Positions 1 through 12,826 of a stretch of 64,000 nt of DNA are shown piece after piece (within the stretch, counting starts at the first letter, position 1; every line of letters begins with the position of its first letter). Source of the stretch: the human T2T-CHM13v2.0 reference genome, Homo sapiens; the NCBI RefSeq assembly GCF_009914755.1, contig NC_060929.1; one strand, given 5' to 3'. The notes beneath the pieces are model-generated. The model made no database searches. It was not told where the DNA came from and saw only the letters and a program-made list of their open reading frames with translations. Both the position numbers and the translations under genes were made by a program.

Positions 1-59
1 AAGGGACACAGTCATAGAGAAAACTGACTACTGTATGGAATAGATAGTTAATTCACTTA

Positions 60-600
60 AGGAAAGAATAGAGCTGGAGGCCTAAAGGAAGCTGTTTAAA
101 AGCTTGGAGAATACCCGATTAAGCCCTGACCTAAGATGGCAGCAATGGAAATGATGAAGAGAGAGCAAATTTTAGAGATATCTCAAAGCTAGAAATGGCA
201 TGACCTTATGACAATGACAGTGCGATGTTAAAGTAGAAGTTCAGTATTTTTATTAAGGAAGAGGATAAATGATATATAAAATACTGAGAGAACATGAGAG
301 AATCACCAATTTTAGAAATAAGTGTGCATTTACTATCTTAATCATGAGGAGCTTGTTACTAGAATTAGGGCACCTCTTCTCTTTAGCTTTCTCCTGAGGT
401 CCAGAGTAACTTGGGGAAGGCAGAAATAGTTTGGCCTAAAAATATATATAGAAACTTACAGAACACTGCCACATATGGGGCTGGCAAAGTATAATCCACA
501 CTGGCCACAGAGAAGTAATCGTTTAGAAATAAATGTATGAGACCAAATGCTATAGAAACTTCATATAACTCCTGCAAATTGTACCCATAGCTGACCCATA
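60..600 (-). mobile_element. Highly diverged L2 LINE fragment
   Basis: Purine-rich tract resembling the antisense L2 consensus (gagagagcaaattttagagatatc...gagaacatgagagaatcacc...); boundaries approximate. Confidence 0.45.
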
Positions 601-1362
601 AGGCCATGATAATTAACACTGAGCTTTTGAAGATACAGCCCGGTGAGAAAGAGAGAAAAAATAAATAATTTAACATGCACAATGCTGGGAAACTTTAAAA
701 GCATATGTATGTTATTGTTCAGTATTCACCTAAATTAGAGTTACATATTCATTTAGTACTTGCATTTAAAAAGGTCTCATTCAGGTCCAAACCACCGTAT
801 TTATATTTTTATATCAGAATAGCTGAGTCTCTCTCAGAAGTTTGCAAAACAAAATAAGCAAGAAAAAATGAGGAAAAATAAAGCCATTCAAGTCAATTTG
901 TTGGTTTAACAAAAGGGAAGATAAGGAAAGGCATCATAAAGCTGTTAAATCATAAAATTTCTTTTACATAAAGATAGAAAAGCTCACTTTGGACCAAGTG
1001 TTCCTGTCTATCTACTTCAACGTAATTCTATTTGAATATTAGTGTTTCTTATGACAGAAATGAGAATTCCAAGTCTTCACCTCTTCAACTTTAATTCATT
1101 AATAATTCCTAAGTAAACCTGGAAATATTTGGAGACTTGAATTTTGGTCTATTAAACTGTCTGGGAAGGTGACATTTAAAAATATGAATGGATGACTTAA
1201 GTAGAACCCTGAAAAAAGCAATAGGTAATGCTGATAAAAAACTGCACTGCAAGAAACCAATCCAAAATGAAAAAGGAAAGAAGGAGACACCAAGATGTCA
1301 AATAATAGGAGTGGGCGGTGCTTTCCCTAGATGCATTGGAGTTCAAAGATGAGTTATTTATT

Positions 1363-3218
1363 TATTTATTTATTTATTTTTTTATTGATCATTCTTGGGT
1401 GTTTCTCACAGAGGGGGATTTGGCAGGGTCATAGGACAATAGTGGAGGGAGGGTCAGCAGATAAACAAGTGAACAAAGGTCCCTGGTTTTCCTATGCAGA
1501 GGACCCTGCGGCCTTCCCCAGTGTTTGTGTCCTTGGGTACTTGAGATTAGGGAGTGGTGATGACTCTTAACGAGCATGCTGCCTTCAAGCATCTGTTTAA
1601 CAAAGCACATCTTGCACCACCCTTAATCCATTTAACCCTGAGTGGACACAGCACATGTTTCAGAGAGCACAGGGTTGGGGGTAGGGTCACCGATCAACAG
1701 GATCACAAGGCAGAAGAATTTTTCTTAGTACAGAACAAAATGAAAAGTCTCCCGTGTCTACCTCTTTCTACACAGACATGGCAACCATCCGATTTCTCAA
1801 TCCTTTCCCCGCCTTTCCCCCCTTTCTATTCCACAAAACCGCCATTGTCATCATGGCCCGTTCTCAATGAGCTGTTGGGTACACCTCCCAGACGGGGTGG
1901 TGGCTGGGCAGAGGGGCTCCTCACTTCCCAGTAGGGGCGGCCAGGCAGAGGCGCCCCTCACCTCCCGGACGGGGCGGCTGGCCGGGTGGGGGGCTGACCC
2001 CCCCACCTCCCTCCCGGATGGGGCGGCTGGCCGGGCGGGGGGCTGACCCCCCCACCTCCTTCCTGGACGGGGCGGCTGGCCGGGCAGAGGGGCTCCTCAC
2101 TTCCCAGTAGGGGCAGCCGGGCAGAGGCGCCCCTCACCTCCCGGACGGGGCGGCTGGCCGGGTGGGGGGCTGACCCTCCCACCTCCCTCCCGGTCGGGGC
2201 GGCTGGCCGGGCGGGGGGCTGACCCCCCCACCTCCCTCCCGGACGGGGCGGCTGGCCGGGCGGGGGGGCTGACCCCCCGACCTCCCTCCCGGATGGGGTG
2301 GCTGCCGGGCAGAGACGCTCCTCACTTCCCAGACGGGGTGGCTGCCGGGCGGAGAGGCTCCTCACTTCTCAGACAGGGCGGCTGCCGGGCGGAGGGTCTC
2401 CTCACTTCTCATATGGGGCGGTTGCCAGGCGGAGGGTCTCCTCACTTCTCAGACGGGGCGGATGGGCAGAGACGCTCCTCACCTCCCAGACGGGGTCGCG
2501 GCCGGGTAGAGGCGCTCCTCACATCCCAGACGGGGCGGCGGGGCAGAGGCGCTCCCCACATCTCAGACGATGGGCGGCCGGGCAGAGACGCTCCTCACTT
2601 CCTAGATGGGATGGCTGCCGGGAAGAGGCGCTCCTCAGTTCCTAGATGGGATGGCGGCCGGGCAGAGACGCTCCTCACTTTCCAGACTGGGCAGCCAGGC
2701 AGAGGGGCTCCTCACGTCCCAGACGATGGGCGGCCAGGCAGAGACGCTCCTCACTTCCCAGACGGGGTGACGGCCGGGCAGAGGCTGCAATCTCGGCACT
2801 TTGGGAGGCCAAGGCAGGCGGCTAGGAGGTGGAGGTTGTAGCGAGCCGAGATCACGCCACTGCACTCCAGCCTGGGCACCATTGAGCACTGAGTGAACCA
2901 GACTCCGTCTGCAATCCCGGCACCTCGGGAGGCCGAGGCTGGCGGATCACTCGCAGTTAGGAGCTGGAGACCAGCCCGGCCAACACAGCGAAACCCCATC
3001 TCCACCAAAAAAATACGAAAACCAGTCAGGCTTGGCGGCACGCGCCTGCAATCGCAGGCACTGGGCAGGCTGAGGCAGGAGAATCAGACAGGGAGGCTTC
3101 AGTGAACCGAGATGGCAGCAGCACAGTCCAGCTTCGGCTCGGCATCAGTGGGAGACCGTGGAAAGAGAGGGAGAGGGAGACCGTGGGGAGAGGGAGAGGG
3201 AGAGGGAGAGGTAGAGGC
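1363..3218 (-). mobile_element. Full-length SVA retrotransposon (SVA_D-like)
   Basis: On the plus strand, in order: (TTTA)n/T tail ~1355-1385, SINE-R ~1386-1885, GC-rich VNTR ~1886-2780, Alu-like region ~2780-3150, (AGAGGG)n hexamer ~3165-3218. Flanking TSD: gatgagttatttatt (1348-1362) and gatgagtcatttctt (3219-3233). SINE-R positions tagtacagaac, caaaaccgcc, atcatggccc and gggtacacc match my recollection of SVA_D rather than SVA_E/F. Confidence 0.97.
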
Positions 3219-4349
3219 GATGAGTCATTTCTTGATACACTGAATATAAGAAGCTGTTAACACATTAGAAAGACTCAGAATTTTTAAAGTACTAGCTAAA
3301 TATTATACTAATAAATACTTCTCCTACATTCTTTAATTCTAGGATTAAGATACAAGGGCGTCTCAGGATCAATTATTTGAATAAGAAAAATTGAAGTATC
3401 CTGATTTGTATTAATTGAAGATTCCACAGGCAATTAAAAATTATATTTTATCCTGTCCTGACTTATGCCAGCAACTGCTAGAAATTATGTAGTGTTAAGC
3501 CATGGGTTACAGAAGATCTATATAATTTACAGCAAATAATTTACCTTAAGGAATAGCAATACAATTTACTACAATCCATTGTCATATGGGCACAGATAAG
3601 CTATTGTTCTTACCTTATAGAGGGCTGAGGCCTATATAAACTATCATGGTGGGAAGATCTCTGGGATCCAGAGCTTAGACACCTAGAGTCGAGCCTATAG
3701 AAAAGCTTCAGAGAGCTGCTTAGCGTCTTAAACTTTAAGTGCCTATGCAATGGGGGGAAGAAAAAAGAAAGACTTTGAGAGTGGAGAGATAAGGGATTGT
3801 GAAAATCAACTCTCCTTTTACATAAATAAGGCTAGGATTGGCCCAGGGCTAAATGGACCTTATTATGTTTACCTCTCAATTTGGAGTTTAGATGGCTGAA
3901 GTTATTATTCATTGATATTAACTCAATAAGAGCATACAGTATAAATTTTAAACCATACCGAATATTCAATCACATAGAGATAATTTGTCACAGGGAAGAA
4001 AGATTGACTGGTGAAGCCTAAACTCTATATTTTTCCTTCTTCCTGTTCTAAGGAAGCTCTATTTAGCTATTTTTAATAATGTACAATGCACTGTCATACA
4101 ATGAGCTCCTCCAAATTTTAAAGTTTTAGTTTATAAACCATGTATTGTTTTTGGACACTAGAAAATGTCAGCAACTGAAAATCCACCAGAATAATAAGGT
4201 TTAGGAGCCTTGTCAGATGAACAAAAAATATGTGGTCACTTATATTCCTGTAACAATGGTAATCAATTATACAAATAAAAGATGTTCAATTTATAATGAA
4301 AAAACCATATATATTTTAATAATTGATGCATGTACAGTATTATGGTTTA

Positions 4350-4560
4350 ATATTAGTGAGAGATTTTGTGACCCACCTAAAGAATGCTAAAAAATTATTA
4401 AGCGATATAACATAAACCTGACTAAGTGGACACACCTCACACATTTCTGTTCAATAGAAGACTAAATATTTTTTAAAGAATTATTCATTATTTTAATTTA
4501 ATAATTTAGAGTACTTCAAAGTAAAATTTCAATAAAATTCTGACATATTGGTAATGCATA
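4350..4560 (+). mobile_element. Old L1 (L1ME-like) ORF2 fragment
   Basis: Resembles L1 ORF2 (acctgactaagtggacacacctcacacatttctg...agaagactaaatatt). Confidence 0.4.
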
Positions 4561-5124
4561 GGGATTTTTTTCAGATTTCCATCTGTGAAGAGGGTGGAGA
4601 GAAAAAAAGAAGGAATTTCTAAGTTTGCTTACCAATTAGAAATTGTGGCTAAGAATGCTAAAGTAAATTTTTGTACTGCTAGCCAGTGTTGACTACAAAA
4701 ATATTTTAGTTCCTAGCGTTACACTGAAACTTTTCATATCATGACACACATAAAAAATGAAAATATTTTTATAGCAATCTAAGGGTAGTTAACAAGGCTC
4801 TTTATGTCAAAAAAAATCTACCAGCTCTCCCAAGGGTTGAGGGGATCCATATCTTGGCATACCTGTCACCCAATTCCTGTACGCCAGGGTGTCCTATCAC
4901 ATACCCATTGTGAATCTCTGGCTAATGGACTGGACCACCTGTACTTTCTCATGAAAATGACAGAATCTGTGAAAAACAAGTATATCATAAATAATTAATG
5001 AAAGGCACCATTGCAGTCATAGCTTATATTCCTCCTGGATCATCTTGTGAGTTGATACTTTGGGAAAAAAACCTGATAAAATGGAATCAAGGGAGGGGGG
5101 AAAATCAAATGCATTATGAATTAT

Positions 5125-5290
5125 CTGTGCCTTTCTCATGACACTTTTTGTGTGTATTTAAAATTTATTTAAGCTATTTATATACTTGTCTTATCACCCA
5201 TTAACAATCAAATCCCTCAGTACCAAATCACTCTGAGATAAGCTGCTATCTATCACATATACTATGTGTTTAATAAATAATTATAAAGAT
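5125..5290 (+). mobile_element. L2 3' end fragment
   Basis: Ends in tgtgtttaataaataatt...gatgaa, typical of an L2 terminus, followed by a GA-rich low-complexity tract. Confidence 0.4.
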
Positions 5291-6905
5291 GAAAGGGAGG
5301 CTGGTGAAAGAGAGAAAAAGATATAGAAAAGGTGAAAAAATTAGTAAAAAGTAAGAGAAGGTGGAAAAAGAGAAGAGAGGAGGAAGAAGGGAAATACATT
5401 TAGAACTTTTGCATATTTGTTTTGAATCAATTACAAATTTTATTAAGAGTCACCAATAGAAACCATGACTCCTACTATTAAGGTGTCTCCTCTCATTTAG
5501 CAGAATGCTAGTCACATAATAGAAATACAATATTATAGATAAAACAAAAAGTAGAGAAAAGGGAATATGAAAAGAGCGTCATTTTTGACTCATTTGATGT
5601 AAGAGCTGTCTATTTAGTGAAATGCAAGCCCACTGCCTGTGCTGAAATATGGACTTAGAAATAGGAGTTTACAGCATTTTGCAAACTGCTGTAAGTTTCT
5701 GGTGAAACAGCTAGGTTCAATACTTCTTCAAACTGATGAAAACATTATGGATGAGTCCTTACGTTTTCTCAGTGAAGTTGTCACAGGAGTTTTGTGTCGA
5801 TTCTTTGTTACTTAGTTCCTGCAGCTAATCCATATTAGCCAATATCAGTTTGATTTAAAAAGAGCTGATAGATATCACACCAAAGCCTTCCGCATATAAC
5901 AAGAAATGAGGACAACAACTTTGTCCTTGACTGATAATGTTAATTTTAATAAGAAAAATAGGAGAACCAGAATATATAACAGTAGATTAACTTTTGTTTT
6001 TCTTACTCTTTTCCTGAGACATAGCATTTAAGTAAAGTGGAAAAAATTTATGTAGGCACTTTCTCTGCATATAGAAGTTATAGACTTTTACTTGTTTACA
6101 TCATTTACTACTCATTGATTTAACATGCATATGTTTATGCAATTCTAAATGATTATTTCAGATACATTTATTAAACACTAAATCTTCCTTAGTGAGAGTC
6201 CTATGTGAGATTCCTTAAAATCTCACATTTTGCCGTGTATAATTTCTTAATACTTATATATCAACCTATTCTGATAACTTATTATATACATTCAATATAG
6301 AAGCTCAATATATTTTTAAATAAATAATTTTTTAAATTTAAATTTTTATTTTATATTAAATTTAAATTTTAAATAAAATACTTCTTTGGAGAAAATTTAT
6401 AATACCCTGATAGTCAGTCTATATAAAGTATTGAAAAAAAGCTGCCCCAAATAGGAATATTAGAAAAGTTGATTTTTATCTTAAATAGATTTATCATAAT
6501 TTAAAATGTTGTATGGTTTTCATCACTATTTAAATACACTGGTCAGATTAGTGTGAAAAAATCAGTAGCCATTATAGATATTATTTACCATAATAATAAC
6601 TCATCATCATCTGCAAGCTCATGTCAGATATTTAATGCTCAGCATGAGTATATGATGCAGCGTTGATGACTGGATGGAAATTACTATTCAAGATTTACAG
6701 ATAGGGAAGAACTGAATATTAAGTCTAAGAATGTGCAGTGGCAAAAATGTAAAAATATATTTAGTGTGATTTTTATGGTAATGCTTAAATAAGAGGATGT
6801 TCACCTTTGTAAGTTTTGTGCTTATTGCTCTCACATTTTGCAGTATATAATTTCTTGATATTATAATTGACTCAAGCGGGATAACTTAAAGGTGAAAATA
6901 AACTC

Positions 6906-7042
6906 ATAGCATTAGGATAAATACCTAATGTAGATGACAGATTGATGGGTACAGCAAATCACCATGGCACATGTATACCTATGTAACAAACCTGCATGTT
7001 CTGCACGTGTATCCCAAAACTTAACATGCTATAATTAAAAAA
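6906..7042 (+). mobile_element. L1PA 3' end (about L1PA7-10), severely 5'-truncated
   Basis: atagcattaggataaatacctaatgtagatgac...caccatggcacatgtatacctatgtaacaaacctgcatgttctgcacgtgtatcccaaaacttaa, then an A-rich tail. Confidence 0.88.
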
Positions 7043-7739
7043 TAGAAATGTAAAAAAAAACCACAATGAAATATCATTACACATGTATCACAACAGTTAA
7101 AAAACCAGTGGCATCATCAAATGCTGTTAAGGATGTAAAGAAAAAAAAAAGAAAAGAAACTTATGTATCTGGCAAACATGTATATACAGATGCAGTGACA
7201 CAGTCCCTGGCTTGGAGGAGCTTGTCGATATTCTCATATTTGGTATATAATCATAACCTGAGCTTTCAGTGGTTGACCCTTAACAATATTTTACTCTTTT
7301 GTTTTAAATTGTGATTTTAAAACATGATAATGACAGAGTTGATCTAAAGCTGGAGAACTCCAATCACAAAGCTTGTGTTTATGAACTCAGCAAAAATGAC
7401 TCACTGTTGACTGTCTAACATTATCTGTGGTATAATGCAGTCCTTGAACATGAACACACCTCCTTTCTGTGCTAAACATCTTCATTGTGTATGGAAGCAG
7501 AATGCATCCAGTTCGTTGAAGCTAGAACAGTTCTACCACATTTAAGCTGAGGGTGTTGGCAGGAACCTCCCAATATATTAAGGACATGATACAAAAAGAT
7601 ACATAGATGTCAGCCAAATAAGTGGCAATGTTGAAAAATGCTGTGTAGGTACTTTCTAGGAATTGAGGCTATCAATTCTGCATAGGAAGAATACTATATT
7701 GAGCATAGGTGGCAGCCATCAACATGTCAACAGTAAGCA

Positions 7740-7975
7740 CATGATTGCGCAGCCTTTGTATATAACAATGCTATTGATCCCCCATCAGTGGGGCATGTAC
7801 TTGGAGCTATTTGGGCTGAGAGTGATGATGGATCTGAGCTGGTCTGCCTAAACTTCATTACAAACAACTGTTTGCAGTTGGGAAACAGATTTTTCTCTCC
7901 AAATGAATCTACCTGGCTTCAACTGGCCTATTTCAAAGCATTGATCCTACCTACTAGCCCTGACCTGTATGTGGC
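7740..7975 (-). mobile_element. MamSINE1-like ancient tRNA-derived SINE
   Basis: cctttgtatataacaatgctattgatcccccatcagtggggcatgtacttggagctattt...gtgatgatggatctgagctggtc resembles the antisense MamSINE1 consensus as I recall it. Confidence 0.5.
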
Positions 7976-8279
7976 TACCTCTGCTCTCATATGTAGAAGT
8001 TGTTAGATAAAGTATGCTAATGATTTTAGATTCTATACCCTATCTAAATTATAATTTATATTATAGAAAACCTTTTTCATTCAAAGGCAAGGGGTTCAGT
8101 CCTCTTGGTAGAATAGTGCCCTTAAAAAGTGCACTTAAAAAGAATGTTCAATCAGCCTCCCACTCCCCTCTATTGAGGGCTGACTCTACAATTGTGCACT
8201 AGAAATAGTGACTATAGTGGTGTCAAGAGGTTTATGTTTTTAATATGCTTATATAAAGACTGCAGGTGGTGAAGTTACT

Positions 8280-8480
8280 TAGATGTGCTTCTGAATCCCA
8301 GTATCATAATATACTATCTTGAACGAATTATTCCCTAGGCCTGAGTTTTATTATCAATAAAATAAAAATACTGACAAAATATAAGTACAAAGAAGACAAT
8401 AATGCTAATGTTTATTTCACAAGGTTGCTGTAAAAATTGAGTGATAATCGACTCAGAGTAAGCACTGGAAAGTTTTAGTT
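8280..8480 (+). mobile_element. MIR SINE
   Basis: tgaatcccag...ggcctgagttttattatcaataaaat...ttcacaaggttgctgtaaaaattgagtgataat, the MIR core. Confidence 0.6.
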
Positions 8481-8483
8481 CAC

Positions 8484-8610
8484 ATATTCATCCATTCAAC
8501 AGTATTTGTTGAATGTCTACTCTTTTCCAAGCACTGAGCCAGAGATAGGTTTATTTATGGTGAATAATACAGTTATGGTCACTACTATCTCTTGAAGCTT
8601 ATATCCTACT
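8484..8610 (-). mobile_element. L2 3' terminus
   Basis: attcatccattcaacagtatttgttgaatgtctac...ccaagcactgagccag, the characteristic antisense L2 end. Confidence 0.65.
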
Positions 8611-9084
8611 TCCCTTTACCCAGTTCCTCCATATTTCTTCCCTCCTGTAGTATTCAGTGTTGATAATCTATATGAAAGCATGAGAAAATTGTTCAGAAAT
8701 ATCTCCTTCAAAATTATAAGTCAAGAAATTCAAAGCAATTGATTTGACAAATTATTTCCTATGGTTAATATGGTTTTTGTACTAGCCTACTGTCATTTAT
8801 AATGTAATGCCTAGATTATAGAAATATAAATATATTTCTTTTCTAAATACATTTTTGCAATTTTGCCAACATAGTCTAAGTCTCATGGCATTTTTGAATT
8901 TCCTGAAAGGGTTTTACAGTAATTACGATAATATAAATATCAGAAAATAGGAAAAGCAATGTGAAATACTGGCTAAAATGTGATCCGTGATATGTTTTTT
9001 TATTCTTTCTGTATTGCAAATCTGTTAATATAATAAGAGGTAATTCTAACCTTGGGGATGTGAGAAACAAAAAGTAACATGACA

Positions 9085-9295
9085 AAACATTTGCATGTAT
9101 TTACTATATGCCAGACACTACATTTTTACATATTAACTCTGTTAACCCTCATGGCAACCCTATGAGGTAAGTATTATTAATTTGACAAGTTACAGATCAG
9201 AAAAGTGAGACATAGAGTTTACATAACTTCCCTCAGTCACAGACCTCTTTGATTCCAAGAGTCAGGGCCAGGATTCACATACAAGCTATAGGGCT
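9085..9295 (-). mobile_element. MIR SINE
   Basis: tttactatatgccagacact...cctcatggcaaccctatgaggtaagtattatt...ttacagatcagaaaagtgagacatagag...gccaggattcac. Confidence 0.75.
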
Positions 9296-9594
9296 TTCAG
9301 AGGCTATGTTCTTTTTCCAGTGCAGATGCTTTAGGGGAAATAATGCAACAATGCACCCAGCGATTACATTCTATAGTCTACGTACATATCCACACATTTC
9401 AACACAACCCTACTTAAAAATGAAATTGGATGAGCATTGTAATCCTCCACTTTGTTAGCTTGGGACATTTGGCAAGTCCTAGCCCACATTAGGTCTATGT
9501 AGACCCTTCCTCAGAAATCTCGATTTTTTAAAAAAAATTCCATTTCTTTTTAATATGGTTACCTTGTTCTAACTGTTGCATTTGATTTCCCAGG

Positions 9595-10412
<818 letters not shown>

Positions 10413-10974
10413 ACCTAATATCCCTGAATAGTCAGCACTTCCTGGATGCTATTGATTTGTTCTGTAACATGATTGTTCTTCTTTCAAATAAAGCTGATTG
10501 AATGCAAAGTAGCCTTCAGTGACTCCAGCCATGTCTTTCAAGTCCCTGCTGCTTCACGTGATCCTGCTGACTCTGGCCTCCTTTGTAATTTAGACTCTTC
10601 TGATTAGAAACCCCAGGGGTTATATTAAAAAATTATTTTACTTTATTGAAGACAGGATTCACAATGTAGGCCCAAACTGTAAAACCCTTTATTAGTCTCT
10701 TTACCAGTTTTACATAGAAGAATGATAATTCTGACACATACTGAACCCACTAAGCTGAGAGTTGTAGCTTCTCTGAGTCATGACATGCCCACATGTTACA
10801 GAATTCAACAGTTTATACTTTGATGAGACCTAAACTTGGTTCTTCAACATTCCCATGGTATGCTTGTTTCAGATGAGGTGATAACTTACATTGGACCTTT
10901 AAACTGGGCACTTCTACATACCAAAAATATTACAGATATTATCTGATTTGACCTTCAAAACAATTATCCAGATA

Positions 10975-11400
10975 TCTGAATTCTGACTACTTCTGGAGCC
11001 TTATTTTCTAATTCCCTCTCACTATTTCTCTGAGCAGCAGCCACCCTGGACTCTTTGCAACACCTCAAATACATGAATCATGGTCTCTACTCAGGGCCTT
11101 TGTACTTGTTGCCCCTCAGAAGTCATATGGTGTCTTCATTTTACTCAGGTCTGTTCAAATGCCACCTGTTCATGAAGGATTTCTTGGTCATTCCATCTAT
11201 CATAGCCCTCAACCTCTCTGCTTTTTCCTCAGGGCGCCTGTCACTAAGGTCATTATATAGTCTTCTTAAATGTCTTCAGTGTCCCTATCCTCCATTGGCA
11301 TTCCAGCAAATCAGGGACCCAGCAGAATTACTGGCACAGCATTCTGTCACCAGTTCCTAGAATCATGCATGTCACCAAGAAGCATCCAAGAGATATTTTA
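10975..11400 (+). mobile_element. L2a fragment
   Basis: cagccaccctggactctttgc...ctcagggcctttgtacttgttgccc...tcaggtctgttcaaatgccacctg, the L2 3' region. Confidence 0.65.
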
Positions 11401-12826
11401 CAGACCAAAAAAAAAAAAAAAAACCCTGAGGTTTAACTTAAGCAACTTTTCCAAGGTTACGATTACTGCAAATCCATGTCCAATATATTATATCGCAGCT
11501 GTTTCCAAAATGCCATTCAATCTTATTGTCTCGGTTCATTTTCAATGTGGGAGTATTCCCTCAATTAGACACGAAAATTCACATAGACATTTGGACTAAA
11601 AATGACTCATAAACTTTTATGCTTTTTTCTGATATAGAAAATATAACATAAGGATTTTGCGGCTCTTACCTCCAGTTTGCCTTTCTCTGCTGGGTGCTGC
11701 CTTCTGGCCTCTGCCATGCCAAGATCCTATTATCCCCCTTGATAGTATAGAGTCTGGGTCTCCAGCATGATGTGCTCTGCTCAATCCTGGTGCAAAAAAG
11801 CAGTCAGCCCTACTCAGCAGCTCATTTTTTTTTACATTTATTTTAAATTAATATATAATAATTGTACGTATTTATGAAGTACATAGTGATGTTTCAGTGC
11901 ATATAAAGTATAGTGATCAAATCAAGGTAATTAGCATATCCATCATTTCAGACATTTAACATTTCTTTGTATTGTAAACACGTAATCATCCTTCAAGCTA
12001 TTTGAAACTATGTGTATAGTTCTTAACTAGTTATCCTACAGTGGTATAGAACACTAGAACTTATTCCTCCTACCTAGCTGTAATTTTGTAACCTTTAACA
12101 AATTTCTCCATATCCCTCATTTCCCTCTATCCTTCTCGGTCTCTAGTATCCTCTAGTGATAGAAACTATGTGATCAACATTTTTTAGCTTCCACTTATGA
12201 GTGAAAACACGCAGTGTTTAACTTTCTGTTCCAGACTTATTTCATTTAACATATTGTACTCCAGTTCCATCCATGTTTTTGTGAATGACAGGATTTCATT
12301 ATTTTTTATGGCAGAATAGTATTCCATTGTGTGTGTGTGTGTGTATGTGTGTGTGTGTGTGTGTGACATTTTCTTTATCTATTCATCTGTTGTTGAACAC
12401 CTAACTTAATTCCATATCTTGGCTATTGTGAATAGTGCTGCAGTTAACATGATGGTGCAGATGTCTCTTTGATACCCTGATTTCCTTTTCTTTAGATAAA
12501 TGCCCAGTACTGAAATTGCTAGATCATATGGTAGTTCTATTTGTAGATTTTGAGGAATACCCATACTATTCTCCATAGTGGTTGTACTAGTTTACATTTG
12601 CACCAACAGTAGACTAGAATTCCTTTTCTCTGCATCCTTGCCCTCATCTTATTTTTTTGTTGTCTTTTTGATCATAGCCATTCTAACTGAGGTGAGATAA
12701 TACCTCATTGTGGTTTTAACTTGCATTTTCCTGATGATAAGTGATGTTGAGCATATTTTCATGTATTTGTTGGCCATTTGTGTGTCTTAAGAAATATCTG
12801 TTCCAATTATTTTGTCCATTTTTTAA

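Noticed and set aside
1886-2780. Regularly spaced GC-rich repeats resembling a CRISPR array or a CpG-island promoter
   Set aside because: This is the SVA VNTR. There are no unique spacers, no cas genes, and the DNA is eukaryotic.
1331-3105. Cluster of long ORFs (up to 182 aa) on both strands
   Set aside because: All lie within the SVA SINE-R, VNTR or Alu-like region. GC-rich repeats lack stop codons, and the peptides are the familiar SVA translation artefacts.
6307-6379. About 70 bp of pure A/T with tttaaatttaaa symmetry
   Set aside because: Low-complexity AT tract; symmetry is expected from composition alone.
8493-8515. Hairpin cattcaaca-gtatt-tgttgaatg
   Set aside because: An intrinsic feature of the L2 3' terminus, not a locus-specific structure.
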